Shown here: positions 40,789 to 55,360 of the stretch, piece after piece
Position numbering within the stretch: the stretch's first letter is position 1
How the letters are laid out: each line of letters begins with the position of its first letter
DNA from: Rhizophagus irregularis
Taxonomy: Eukaryota
NCBI RefSeq assembly: GCF_026210795.1
Contig: NC_089434.1
Span: 310,001-374,000, forward strand
Reading direction: 5' to 3'
Length of the DNA stretch: 64,000 nt
Position numbers and translations under genes: made by a program
The notes under the pieces: model-generated
Databases searched by the model: none
What the model was told of the DNA's origin: nothing
What the model saw: only the letters and a program-made list of their open reading frames with translations

Positions 40789-40891
40789 TCTATTTTTATT
40801 GTTACGGCTCATCTATAAAAATTTTTTATCTAACGAATTATATAATTAAATTTTTATGAAAAAGAATTCCTTTCTGTCGTTCAAAATCTAG
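40789..40891 (+). mobile_element. Putative ~100-bp mini-Helitron upstream of K5 (copies at ~2042-2140 and 17689-17750)
   Basis: It starts TC and ends CTAG followed by T, with a partial hairpin AAAGAATTCCTTTC(T/G)GTCGTT just before the end. Confidence 0.5.
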
Positions 40892-41283
40892 TATGATATT
40901 TGTCTATCATATTATATTACGTGATTAGTTTTATTGAGAAATAAATTTTTTTGTTCTATTTAAAAAAAAAATTTAGAATTAAGAAATTAAATCTTGTAAT
41001 TAAAATTCAATTTTAAAAAATTTTAAAATGTAATTTCACTAAAGTTATTATTAAATTTAGACCAAAAATAGAAAAATTATGATTAGCGTTAAATTATTTT
41101 GCCGAAAAGCAGATTATTACTAAATTCGTTTGTTCATTTTTGTATTTATAGTCACATGATAGTCACACAACATTTGGTAATACATAAAACGGATGAAAAA
41201 CTCACTCCTAGATTTTTTAAGTTACAAAATTATTTTAAATTTTTTTTTTCACAATTTTAAACATTTTATAAGAAAATTACATT

Positions 41284-43664
41284 ATGTCTGATATTCGAAT
41301 AGAATTAGTTTATGCTGCAATTAATAGAGCAATTACATCAATAGATTATGATATTTATGATGATATTCATAAACAACATGAATTTAAAAAACAAACTATA
41401 CTTGCTGATAATTTTCTTACAAATGATGAAAAAACTTATGCAATAAAAGAACTGAATAAGACATATGACAAAAATAAAATTTTTCTTAATGAAGGAACAA
41501 GAAGAACTTGTGAAAATTGTAACCAAGAATGTTTAGCTACATTATATTGTGAATATTGTGTTCAAAATTATTTAAAAGCAAACTTTTCAAATTGGACATC
41601 TGGAAATAATGATATTGATAATTTAATACAAAAATGTCAAATTGAAACACTTAGACCAGATACTATAATTGAATGGATTCCATATAATAATTTACAAAAT
41701 ATTGAATATTTAACAAAAGGTGGATTTTCTGAAATTTATACAGCAGATTGGATTGATGGAGGATATGTAGAATGGGATTCTAAAGAACAAAAATTAATAA
41801 GACTTGGAAGAGAAAAAGTAATACTTAAAGGATTAGAAAATGTTGAAAATGCAAATCAAAGATGGTTTGAAGAGGTTTGTAATTTAATGTTATTTTATTA
41901 TTATTTTCAGCTTTAGTAAATAATAAATTTTATTATATATATAGGCTGAATCACACTTTAAAATAAGCAGTAAATGGCCACAAATCATTCCATGTTATGG
42001 TTTAACACAAAATTCATTAAATGAAAATTATATGCTTGTAATACATAAAGCAGATATAGATTTAAGACAATATTTACAACAAACTCAAAATCAACTTACA
42101 TGGAAAGAAAGAATAAAAGTTGCTAAAAGTATAATTGTTGCATTAGATGCTATTCACGATGAGAATGCAATTCATAGAGATTTGCATTCTGGAAATATAT
42201 TGTATTCGGAACTAAATCAACAATGGTTTATTAGTGATCTTGGATTTTGTGGACCTGCAGATAAATCAACAGAAAGTATATATGGTAATCTTCCTTACAT
42301 AGCACCAGAAGTTATTTCTGGAAAGAAAACTACAGTGGAATCTGATATTTATAGTATTGGAATGTTAATGTGGGAAATTTCATCTGGACAACCTCCTTTT
42401 AATCATTATAAAAATGATTATAAACTTGCATTGAATATAATTAATGGAATGAGACCAAAAGTAATATCAGGAACTCCTTTAAAATATGAAAATTTAATGA
42501 AACAATGTTGGGATGCTGATCCATCAAATAGACCTGATATTTATACACTTACGGATGGAATTTATGAAATTCTGCAATTTTATCAAAATATATCAAATGA
42601 AATACTTCAACAAGAATCAAATAATAATTTAGAAAGAAACAAACTAATAAACAACACAATGTCAAAACATATAAGTAGCAAATTATTTACAAGTAAAATT
42701 CATCAATTTAAAAATTTACCTGAACCAAAAAATGCAACAGAAGGTATATTTTAATGTTTATTATATTTATTGATAATTAATAGTTTTTTCTTTAAAAATA
42801 TTAATTGTTTTTTATTTAAATAATAACAGAAGAACAAGAAGGTAAAAAATAATGGATATGTATTATAAATATGTGAAATATTTGAATATTTTTTCCAACT
42901 TTTTTTTAAAAAAAAATCATTTTTAATAGCATTTCATAGTAAATCATACGACTGCTTTAATATTCCTGATAATAGTAAGTAATTAAATATATTGATATAT
43001 ACAATGCAAATTATTAATTATTTTTATTATTACTAGTTGAAGATTTTAGCAATTCAAGTAATCAAAATTATGCTGGCACATCTAAAGCAAGTAGTATTTT
43101 AAAAGGTAATTAATCATTTAAATATTAATTTTCTTTTTTGTAACAATATGAACTTATAGTTGTTTGATTTTTAATTTGTAACAATTATAATTATTAATTT
43201 GACTGTCTTAATAATTTTTAGGCATGAGTAAAAGATTATCTAAAGTATTTAATAAATTACAAATAAAATCAAATAATGGCAAGTAGATAATTATTCTGTA
43301 TTTGATTAAAATTCCCATTCCTTGAAATATAACATATTTTACATTTTTTATAGATAATCAAATTAATTACGGAAAAGAAATAGTTGAACAACAACAAATA
43401 AAGCATTATAATCTTAACATTAAAGGTACGTAAAATTGCAATAATGATTAATTATGTAATATTCGTTTATACTGTATATCTTTTTTTTTTTATAGATGAA
43501 GATGAAACTTATGACGATAAAAACTTTCATGCAGAAGAAGATGATGTATTCGAAATTCCAGATGGCAAGTATTTCACATTATCATTATGTTCTTTATATT
43601 TTTGCAAGAAACATAACTATTGCATTTATTTATTAATTAATTAATTAATTTAGATGGATTTTAA
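41284..43664 (+). CDS. TKL-type protein kinase K5, 9 exons
   Basis: ORFs 41284-41916 and 42032-42754 plus in-frame tail exons ending DGF* at 43664. All kinase motifs are as in K1. Confidence 0.92.
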
Positions 43665-46600
43665 ATTACTTAATATCCGACGGAATATGTTTTATTACTT
43701 TTCTTTTGCTTTTTATTTAGAATTATTTAAACACTAAGTATAGAGTAGGTAAAATTTTTTACAAGTTTCTTAGTTTGTAATTTAAATAATTCTTTATTAT
43801 TATTGTTATTGTTATGTAACTTCGTTAACTTTTTCGTTAACATAAAAATTTTGATTTATTGCGAATAAAATTAAATTAATATTATACTTCTCGCTCCCGT
43901 ATACAAAATAATGAGTTTATAATAAATAAGTCATAACTGTCGTAACGATAGGATCAATTAATGACTAAAATTTTTATATTTGAACAAAGTGGATATGATT
44001 TGTTCGTTAAATTATGTTCAATTACTGTATAAAGGATCATTAAAAGAACGTAATAAAATTAACTCTTTCAATGATATAAAATAAGTAAAATAGAAGTATA
44101 AAAATATTTCGACTCTCTATCAATTTATCACGTGCATTTTTAGTCATGATGATCATGAACGAAACCGTCATAATTCTTACTGAAATTACACTCAATCACG
44201 TGATATTGCCGTTAACGTTAACGATATACAACTGATATACTAGTTAATTGTTATAAATGTAGTATTTGAAAATAATTTTAATATGTAATTTAATGATTAT
44301 TACAAAATATTGGATCATTAACAAATTAAATGTGTGGAATGTATGGATAATTTAATAACTATATTAAAATTTGAATTACAATTTATTTCATCATTGGTAA
44401 CGAAATATGAAAATATTTAATTCCCGTTTACTAATATTTAGGTAAGTAATATTAGTTTGTCCTTTAAAGTGTATTGAAATCACGTATACAATTATTATAG
44501 AAATTACAAGGCTAAAATAATAAACTCTATCCTCTACTACTTAGATGAGAATGGCTACTAAATTAACATGAATTGTTCATATACGCCATAGAACTCGAAA
44601 TTCATCATATAAATAATAATGTAGATCATTTCTTTTGTGATAATTCCTACCAAGATTTTATTACCTTTTTTAGATACTGACGATACTGGCTGACGTTAAC
44701 ATAATTCCGACCCTGAAAAAATGTGTATAGTTAATAGTATACACCCTACCCCTGTATATACGGTACTTACGCCATATCACCATATTTAAATCGGTAATCA
44801 TGAAAATTTAATAATATTAAGATCTAAAATTGTTTACGTAACAGACGGTACAATACTAGATAACATCATGTAATTTTGACGTAAATGATGTTCAATACGA
44901 ACTATACCATGATGAACATGATGTTACGATATGATCAAAACCTCGAAATTCAACTTAATTAGGTATTAGCGAATTTTTAGAAAATTAACTGAGCCACTGT
45001 TTAATATATTCGGTAAAGAATTTCCAACCGATTATTTATAAAAATGATCGATCATTTCGATCATTTCGATCATTGTATTGTAAAAATTTAAAATAAATGT
45101 TCATTTTTTGATATAATTCTTTGTTTTTAAATTAATATTTACTTATTTAATCTGTTATCGTTAATATCGAAATTTTATCGATTAATTATATGATTAAAAA
45201 GTAATGATTTTAAAATGAATTTTGTACAAGTGTATTACACATTCATTCATTTCTAACACTAATTGGGACATTACAATAAAAAAAATTCTTAAAACAAAAT
45301 AAATTAAAATTTAATTTTACGGTTAAAACCTTTTTTAAGCATAGTTTATTATAATATATTAAAATCAATGAAACACAAAAAAACCAATTATATAATTCGT
45401 TTATTATTAGTTTACTTTATTATCGGAAATTCCTGGAAATTCCTCTATCAAACACAATCAACACAACGGGATAAGAAACAATGATTGATAAACAGAAAAA
45501 AAAAATATTTTTTTTTTTCTTTTCCCCACATACTTGAAACAATGCATTTTCTTTTTTTAAAAAAAAATAATAATGCCAAAGTTTCACTTTTATAAAAAAT
45601 TGTAACGTTAAACAAAAAAAAATCATCTTAAATGAGACCCATTCATTATGAATATCCTATTGAAAAAATAAAAAAGTAAATAAATAAATAAATAAAAATC
45701 ATAAGACCTCATTAATTAATTAGATATGCGGATAAAGAAAGGAAAAAAAAGGAAATGAATATAAATATACAGGAGATACTGAATATGTTCAACAAAGATC
45801 TACACAATGCAATTGGTACATCTTTATCTTTAATTAGTTTAAGTTCATCTGTTTTCTCAATAATGGCGAATCAAGTATTATGATCTTATTTGTTTGACAG
45901 CTAAACTAAATTTAGTAGATAAAAAAATTTTTTTTAAAACGCCGGGCATCTTGTCATCTAAATAGTCTAGACCTATCACTCCAGTAGGTGTCCAAATCTT
46001 AATTTTATTAGTAAAAGATTCTACGGAAAAACGTAATTTTGGAAAGATAAGACCATCGTTACATCGTTACAATTACAGTTGGACATAAAAAACAAATGTT
46101 ATATTATAATATTTTACATCATCTTTTAATAAGAAAATATCATTCGAAGAAGAATGAAAACCTTACCGGTTATACCGGTTACGGGGGGTGGTTTTTTTTT
46201 TATTATTTTTATTTTTTATTTTTATTTATTTTATTTTTTATCTTTTATTTTTTATTTTTTTTATTCTATTTATTTATTATTATTATTATTATTTTTATTT
46301 TTATTTTTTTAGAAAAAAAAAAAAAGAAAAACTATAACGAACCTAATTTTAGTTTAGTTAAACTTTTTTTTTACACAATTTTATAAATCATGAACCAATT
46401 ATATCGGGGGTGATTTTGTGTTGTAATACAGCACATCATACATACATACACATGGAGGATGATCATTGGAATAAAAAATTTTTTTTCAAACTTTTAATGC
46501 ACACTTAATTACTCTTTTTAAATATAAAATTAAGGTTTATATGATTATAAATCGTATGTAATGTATAATATTTTAATATGTCTAATTTAAATTAAAAGAA

Positions 46601-47264
46601 AAAATTAAATTAACAAACGTGCTTAAATTTTGTACACATATTTTTTAAAAATAATAAAATATAATATATATTTATATGTATATATATGTATATATAAGTA
46701 AATATATACACATATATAGATAGATAGATATTATATTATTATATTATTTTTTATATTTTTTATTATTTTTACTTTTATTTTATTTTTTTTTATTTTTAAC
46801 ATGGGTAATTTAAACTTTTTCAGGGATTTACGCCTTGTTTATATTATGTCAGAAAAATTTTTGATACCCATGATACCCAATAATATTTATTTACTTTGTT
46901 TTACCATAATTAACCGTTAATATCCGTTATTAACTATCCCGTTTAACTAATTTAAACCTTAATTTTAAATTTTTTTTTTTTTTTTATATTTCTTCATTAT
47001 AAAAAAAAAATATAAATATCATAAAACATCATACTACAAGAATTTTGGCACTGTAAAAAAAAAAAAGTCGATTGATAACAAGCATATTCAGATCAAAAAT
47101 TAATAAACATAATTCAACTGTTTTAATAAATTTTAATTCTTCAAAAGAAAACATAACTTTCGAAGATTAATATAATATAATTCAGTAAGCTTAAAAAATC
47201 ACAACAAACATTAAGAACAAACATTAATAATAAACATTAATAACCAAACAATTAATATAAAAAA

Positions 47265-48296
47265 ATGGGAATTTTCATAGTATTTTCAAAGTTGAAAAAG
47301 ATCGTACAAACCCTAAAGTTTCCCAGTACAAAATACTCAACGATATTGGATTATACAAGTCACTCTCTTGTGACGAATTTATGGAATTGTGATTTCATGG
47401 CCCCTATCGAAAATACATTAACTAAAGGAGCACAAGTATTGGACGTTGGGTGAGTATATTTATTTTTCATATATAAAGTATATATAATGATCGCCATATT
47501 AATAATTGCTTTATTTATATTTTTTTTTATTTTTCAAGAACTGGAGAGGGGGCGTGGGTGATTAGTTGCGCAGAGCGCTTCCCTATGTCAACTTTTATTG
47601 GGGTGGATGCTTCTTTATATTTCCCCTTAGTGCCAAAAGTAAAATTTATGAATGCACATTTCCTCAAAACCGACATCCTGGAAGGGCTGGCCCTGGAGGA
47701 TAACACATTTGATTTCGTTCACCTGCGTTGCATCACCCTCATCTTCACGGATGAGGAGTGGAGCAATAAAGTTATTAAAGAACTTATCAGAGTATGTAAA
47801 CCTGGTGGGTGGATTGAAATTGTCGAGTTAGACTGTCAGTACATTAACCAGGGACCAGTGCACTTGAACTTGTGCAACCAATGTAAATACATTTCCATTC
47901 GCTGTTTTTCAATTTGTTAATTACATTAACTCCCTCATTCTAATTATAACTGTCTTAATTTAAATAGCCAAGAGGTTCTTTCTCGAAAATAATGTACATA
48001 GTATTGCCGGTGAAGATATTGCATTTTATTTGAAACAAACCGGTGCGGTTTGTGAAATTAATGAAGAATTAAGAGTAGTACCATTTCATGGTAGTAAGTT
48101 AGGCAAGTCATTTGCAGATCATCAGATCAAGTTCATGCAGGCCTACAAAGACATTTTGCCCGGTATTTTGGGTATGGATGAAAAACAATGGGAAGATACA
48201 CTAAAAACAATTAGAAAGGAACTTTCCGTACATAAAACAGAAAGCATAATGCGGAGGATTTATTGTAAAGTAAATCCTAAACAATCAGTAATCTAA
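47265..48296 (+). CDS. Class I SAM-dependent methyltransferase, 3 exons, ~285 aa
   Basis: Exons 47265-47449, 47539-47882 and 47968-48296 are in frame. Motifs: VLDVGTGEGAW, FIGVD, DNTFDFVHLR, LIRVCKPGGWIEIVE. Confidence 0.9.
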
Positions 48297-48399
48297 TTTA
48301 CTGTAAATATAAAAAATAGTTGTTTATATATGTTTATTTTTTTTATTCTGTGTGTTTATTAGTTGACTAGTTTAATAGTTAACTTTTTTACTTTTTATT

Positions 48400-49470
48400 T
48401 CAATTGTAAAAAAGAACTTTCCTACGCCCAAAAAAAAAGGTAAATATTATGTATTCAATAATTCTATTGAAAAAAAATATTGAAAAAAATACGCTTAAAA
48501 AAAAAATAATAATAATAATATTTTAAGTAAATATAATATATTTATATTAATTTATAATTTATTTAAAAACTTATTTTTTTCTTAAAACTTATTTTTTCTA
48601 TTAAAGAAAAAATATACCTAAAAAAAAAATTAATTATAATTTATTCTATTATGTCTATGATTTTTTTTTTTAAAAAAAAAATAATAATAATAATTAAGCA
48701 AATAAAGTATATTTCAATAAGTCTAATTAAATTATTCGTTTTTTTAAATGAAAAAAAAATATGAAAAAAACATATACAAAAATATATAAAATTTTTTTAT
48801 TATAATTTGTTTGAGCTTCAAAAAAATTCAATTATTTGTTCTAAACGATGAAAAAATAAATGCCATAAAAAAAAAAATTTTAAGTAAATAATATAATGTA
48901 TATAATGTATTTAAAATAATTATTTATTTATTCAAAAATTTTTTTATTATGAAAACAAAAAAATTTTTTTTTTGTCTACTCCCAAAAAAATCATACATAT
49001 TTAATAATTCAATTGTTTATTTGAACGTATTCCATTATGAAAAATATACTAAAAAAAAATTGTAATAAAATGTATTCAATAACTTAATTAAACGTTTCTA
49101 ATTTCTATCATGAAAAAAATATGCGCTTCAAAATTCTAAACGAGAAAAATATGCACTCCAAAAAAAAATTAAGTAAATATAATGTATTGTTTATTTATTC
49201 AAAAATTTTTTATTATAAAAAAAATTGCCTACGCTTAAAAAAAAATCTTGTATTCAATAATTCAATTATTTTCCATTATGAAAAATATGCCTAAAAAAAC
49301 TAAAGTAAATAAAATGCATTCAATAAACTTAATTATTTGTTTAAATGAAAAATATGCAAAATTTTTTTATTATGAAAAATAATTTGTCGACGCTTAAAAA
49401 AAAACTAAAGTAAATAAAATGTATTCAATAACTCAATTATTTGTTTTAAACGGTAAAATATGCAGTTCAA
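48400..49470. repeat. Degenerate AT-rich tandem repeat region
   Basis: Recurrent blocks TGTATTCAATAATTCAATTATT, ACGCTTAAAAAAA and TATGAAAAA at irregular spacing. Confidence 0.65.
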
Positions 49471-52345
49471 GATTTCTATTTTTAGAATTATTTTTTTATA
49501 ACGACAATAAACGAGATTGTAAAGATTAGAACTTTCAAAACTTCCAATTCTAGACCTTCCGAAAACTCAAATAAAAAGGTTTTTGGCGCCATAATTTGAT
49601 AACATGGATAAGAAGGTAATGAATCAATGGAATTGGAAGGTCCAATTCCATTAAAACGTTCCAATGTAACATTATTGCATAATGGTACCCAATAACATTG
49701 TATGATTTTTTTTTCTCATGCATTGCATGATGCAATTGATGCATGAACGCAACATTTATCATAATTGATCACAATTTTTTAATGTTACATAACTGTATTG
49801 TTTATAATCATCTCATGTAAAGAAATTAAATTTCATAAATATTTATTTTCGTTATCTTACAGGAATCTATCTTGTCTCACCTTGTTTCGTTTATAATTGC
49901 TTATTTTGTACTTATTTTGTACATGTATTATTTATACTTAATAATATTTAATTTACGTATTACTGTGCCAAATTAAATAACCAATTAAAATATGTTCGTT
50001 ACATTTATATTGTAATATTGTATTTTATCGTCATCAATTTCAAATAGTCTGATCTTTTTTTAAAAAAATTTTTTTTTAAAAAAAAAATAAATAAATAAAT
50101 AAATAAATAAATATGAAAAAAAATATAAAAAATTTATTGGATAAATTTTAGTGCAGTAAAAAGATAAAAGATAAAGAGAATAACCATTAATAACTGATTA
50201 CCCATAAGTACAGTAAATGTTTTATTTTAGTTTAATAAATAATATTATAAAATTTTAACTCTTTATAAAGAAATTCATAGAGTATTACGTTAAAATAATT
50301 ATGATTCTAGACCGTCAAAAAGATTTATAATTATCATTATTATCTGTTTATCCATCCATCTCCCCATATTTGAAATGTTTCGGTTATTAGATTCATATCA
50401 GTATTATTACATTTTGTCTAAAATGACGTCATCTGATGTCCATAGAAGTCCATTATGGAATTCCACAATTTCCGCCTGGAATTTAACTCAAACGACTTGT
50501 TTGTTATATATATATATATATACTATATATATATCAAAACTTTAAAGCAAAGACGATCAAACGAATTTTATTTCTTGTAAGCGTTACATATAATATGTAA
50601 ATTTAGTGGTCTTTGTTTATTTTAGTTTTATATTAATTTTTTTTTTTTAATGTATAAAAAATATCTCAATTTATACCTTAAATAATTGGTCACCTTTGTC
50701 GTTCATTATTATATTGGGTTCAACTAATTTTACCCCGTAGTTCCATGGGAATTCAGTTAATAAGCAGAGTCCGGATGCCAGGAACCAAGGGGGGTGAAAC
50801 CTCTATTGGGTGAAATTATTATTTTTGATTCGTTCATTAAAATTTATCACATGATCGGTTGATAGATTTTCCGATAGATATACAGTATCTTATATTTTGT
50901 AAATCTTAATAATTTTGGCTAAAAACATTACAAATCATTTGATTAATTAAAAGGTTTGTTTTAAATTTCACAAAAAATTACTTAAATAATTCGTATTGGA
51001 TGTTATTAAAAAAATTTCCTTTAATATGATGTACAAGCAAAGATGTACTTGATGCATTTTAAGAATCATTAAAAAATTATTAATTAAAAAATTTCTTGGC
51101 ATATATCTGGTATGGCATTAGTTATTATATAAAAAACGAATAAGGATTTAGATGGATTAACTAATTTAATTTCAAGTTTTTATTTTTTTATTTTGATTAG
51201 TAAGAATAAAAATTATAAATCATTTTTTTTTAAAAAAAAATTTATAAGCAAAAAAAGGATCGATTACTAATAAAATTTTTTTTTTTTGATTTTCGGTTCT
51301 TGGAAATTAATATGAAAATCCGAATAAATTTTATATGATAATATTAAAAATAAAATTAATAAAAAAAAAAATGGACGTAAAATAAAAAAAAAGATCTTCT
51401 TATTCGTTCAATTTATGATTCGAAAAAAAAAAAATTGAAGATTGTGAAGATCTTCTTTACCAGTCTTTTATTGAACCATATCATAAAGCACTTGAAGATC
51501 TCTAATTAAATGTGCAGATATTATAGAATAATATCCAAATATTTGAAAATAAGTTGAAAGTCCTATATAAATTTAGTAAATTTATACTTGCTGTATTATT
51601 TTACTTTTTTGGTTATAATATTGAATATTGATATCGATATTCCTTTTTAGCAACAGAAAATTCGATCGAAAAGTTTCTTTAAATAAAAATAAATTTTTCT
51701 AATGGGAACAAGTAAATCAGAGTTTACGTATTACTGATAATTATTTATTCGATATGTGAATCATAGATTTACACTGTATGTAATTAAATAATGTATTTTT
51801 TATTTATTTATTTTTTTTTTTTGATCCTTTAAAAAATTATAATAAAAAAAATAAAAAAATAATGTTTTCAACCAAAATTTGCTTCAACTGAAAGAAAATA
51901 CATTTGAAAAATAATGGAATAAGTTCAAGAAAAGCACACAACATCAGGCAATGTTGAGTCTATAATCTACATCGAATAGTATCGAATCTAACATCGATGG
52001 CTTAATTGGCTTATTATAATAATAAAATTTTATCTATTACCTAGTTTTATCAAATGACGGTTAAAATTGAAGAGATTAAGTAAATATTAAGTTACTGTAC
52101 AAAAATATGTTTACATGTCTAAGATACTATTACTAAGCTAAATTTTCCAGTATATAGATTAGCAGGTAATTTGTATGAAATTCACGTGCAAAAAACTTTT
52201 ATTAATGGAATTAATTATGATTTTAAAACTTTGTTTTTTTTATTAACCTTATTAGCCTTATTTTCCAACCGTAATTATCTTGTAAATTTTTGAGGTACAT
52301 TGCGTTTAAAATAATGTGATAAGATGTCAATCAAATAAATGAGAT

Positions 52346-52821
52346 TTTTTTTTTATTTATTTTATTACTAAAAGAGTGTTGGAACCCAGACTATTACAAA
52401 TAAAAGAAGAAAGAGTTTGAAAAGACTTAAAACTAATATATGTGTATAGACCTTTGTTCGTCATCCCCTACGGGACCCCACTCTTCGATCAGAGATTTAG
52501 GGTGACCCAACGAGGGACACCCTAAACCCACCCCGGACCACCTACATCAGTAGGTATTTTTTGGTATTTGGGGCTGACCGCAGTGTGAAACTAGGGAGGT
52601 GCACTTGCAGAGCTCCCTTCCTAACCACCTTAGCAACACCTCAGCCAATAGCCCACCCCTTTCGGTGTAAGGATTAAATTGTTTGACCACCTGCCATACG
52701 GCTTTTGTGGTTGGTGCCCCCGCCGACACCATTGTATCCCAATGTGGGTCCTCCGGGTACCAAGATAATCCCATTAAACTACAGGCCTTGGAAGGATCCA
52801 GACATTATGATCCTGCTATCT
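52346..52821 (-). mobile_element. 476-bp GC-rich poly(A) retro-insertion (SINE-like, or 5'-truncated LINE 3' UTR)
   Basis: A 13-bp TSD AAATAAATGAGAT lies at 52333-52345 and 52822-52834, and the T-rich left end corresponds to an A tail on the minus strand. Several GC hairpins are present. Confidence 0.85.
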
Positions 52822-53993
52822 AAATAAATGAGATGTCTAAATGACATACAATGATTATACACACCACAAAGTCACGTGGGAAAAAATACATATATACGTG
52901 GCTCATATTACTTTGATAACTTTCTGATATTAACTCTTCTAACGCAGTTCTATTAACAAGTAGTTCTTCTCTCGCCCCAACATGGATATTAGTTCATCAA
53001 ACATCATTTTATCCATTTTATCAGAAAAGTGGATTGCTTCCGGTGCCCATTGATGAAGTTTTAGGTAATTATAAATATTTCAAGTTTAAAACCTTTAAAA
53101 TTCTTCAATAAATTGAAGCCTTATTTATTTGGTATTGTAATTTTGACCTAAACATAGAATTTAAAATCCAAAGCTTGTGAACGTGAAGCTTGTGAGGGTC
53201 AAGGTTTCCCATCCAATCAAAGTAATACCTGAGTGAAATGATAAGAAATTTTTAAAACCTGTTAAATCTATTGGACTAGGAATGTCATTATGAGAGAATA
53301 TAATTGTCAGGCGATGCATTTGAATCCTCCAGTGAGCGAAGCTGGAAAGGTTATTGTATTGTTTAATCTAACCAAATGATCATCAGCTCTCACTATAATA
53401 TGTCTATTTTCCGATGTTTATTTTAACAACATCTTTTACCTTCTTTTAAAATCTTTACCTGGGTATTTTTTTCATTATATTTAGCAATTAGTAAATGGAG
53501 ATGACATGTAACAATTATTAATAAAAATATAAAAATATGCATTTAATGCCAAATAAATGTGATTTTACTACTATCTCAGTTCCATAAATTTTTGAAACCA
53601 CTTAAACTTAAACCACTTGCACGTGGTGACGTGATTAAAAAATAAATCCCGATATTGGCGAACAATAAATATTTTACTAATTACTGACTAAAAACGTTTC
53701 ATTAAGTGCTAATAAAAAATAATACATCTCGTGGATCACGTACTTATTGGTTGTAAGTTTGAATTTCGAATATACCAAATTCATTACTTTCCGCTAACGC
53801 TAAGTTTAATTTTAAATATTTTGTCAATTTTTTTTATTTTTTAGTGAAAAAAAAATAGTGTTATTTGTGGTATTTGATTACTCGTTTATTATGTGATTTA
53901 ATAAATAGATAACTGATAAATAAATATTTATGGTGGATGATTTAATAATATTCTTTAACTTGCGATTCGCTTTACGCGATTTTTAGTTGCTGC

Positions 53994-54757
53994 TAGTGCT
54001 CCGAATGATACGAGTCGACCCGGGTTAATTTGACCCGACTCGACTTTTAAATCGGGTCAGTACTAACGATTTTTAATGACCCGTGACCCGCATGACCCGC
54101 ATGACCCGACCCGCCGGGTCGGGTTATAAATTTCCTTGACTCGGGTTTGACCCGGGTTTGACCCGGATCGACCCGGATGATAATTTTGGCCAAAATTAAG
54201 CCAAGAATTAGTTTTAACAAATATTAACATAGCTTAATCAGAAAAATAAAAAAATTAACCTTGGCTTTTGAGAATAATATTTTTCTGATAGCTTTAGAAT
54301 TCCAATTTATCTTTGATTTGAATATCTGCTAATTATTTTGCCTAATTCTTTGACTTTTATTATATTAAACCAGGTTCAAAATTCGTATTTTTAATTTTAT
54401 TTTATTTAATTAGTCTAGGAGAAAATAAGAGCTAGTGTTACATGTTTTGTATAACCATTCATGATACAAATTTTAGGTGGCTACTAGTGGTTAATCACTA
54501 AGTTGCCTTTTTTTCAAATAAAAAAAATTAATTTTGTTATTATTATAAGAAAATCTCACATAATATAAGTTAGTACCCATTTTACTTAAATGTTCGGGTC
54601 TAACCCGGGTTACACGAGTTAAATTATAGTCGGTCGAGTCAAGGGTCGGGTTACGAAAATATGAGACCCGAATAAATACGAGTCTTATATTTTTTTATTC
54701 AGATCGGGTCGAATATTTCCTCAAAACCCGACCTGACTTGACCCGGTAGGAGCACCA
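53994..54757. mobile_element. hAT-type MITE, 764 bp
   Basis: TIR T(A/G)GTGCTCC, 8-bp TSD GTTGCTGC on both sides, and many GACCCG subterminal motifs. The empty site is seen in the K1 and K2 flanks (~8240, ~22040). Confidence 0.9.
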
Positions 54758-55011
54758 GTTGCTGCGCCACATAACGTATCGATACAAAAAAATTTTAAAT
54801 CGAATATTGACTGTTAATAAATAGATAAACCTTACGTTTAATATTTGTAAATTATAATATTTAAATTGTAAATTATATGAATATTAATAAAATATTTTAG
54901 ATTTACTACTCCAAATCATAACGTTTAAATAATTATAAATATACAGTAAGAAAATAAATATTTTCGGATCATATAAACAAATAATAATGATAATTTATAA
55001 TAAATAAAAAT

Positions 55012-55360
55012 TTAAAATCCATCTAAAAAAATACAAGTGAAATAAAAAAATATATATTAGTATGAAACAAAATCCAAAATTACTTGCCGTCTGGAATTTT
55101 TAATTCATCTTGTTATTCCGAATGAAAATTTTTATCTTCATAAATTTCTTCATCTATAATCATAATAATAATAACAAAAAATACTATTATACTATTGTAA
55201 ATAAAATTAGTTGTTTGCATAAGTATTGAATAATTAATTTGATTATCTATAAATAAAATATGTTATATTTCAAGGAATACGAATTATAATCAATACAGAA
55301 TATATTTACTTGCCGTTATTTGAAATTCATCAAATGACCTGTATAATTCTTCATTATCTA
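55012..55360 (-). pseudogene. Kinase relic K7: only the last tail exons remain
   Basis: The minus strand carries the DGF* exon (55012-55022), a DEEIYEDKNFHSE-like exon and decayed exons 6-7. These are joined to far-upstream sequence (55390-55965) homologous to 60640-61185. Confidence 0.78.

Noticed and set aside
46096..46386. Hydrophobic ORFs (also 413-715, 61257-61475, 63022-63375, 63490-63787)
   Set aside because: They arise from T- or A-rich low-complexity or tandem-repeat sequence and show no domain signal.
49550..49780. Cys-rich minus-strand coding-like fragment
   Set aside because: It is short, interrupted by a stop in the more plausible frame, and has no recognisable family or exon structure.
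52460..52560. Hammerhead or HDV ribozyme, or telomerase template, in the retro-insertion
   Set aside because: The catalytic core motifs are incomplete, and the TTTAGGG/CCCTAAA words are simply the two arms of one hairpin.
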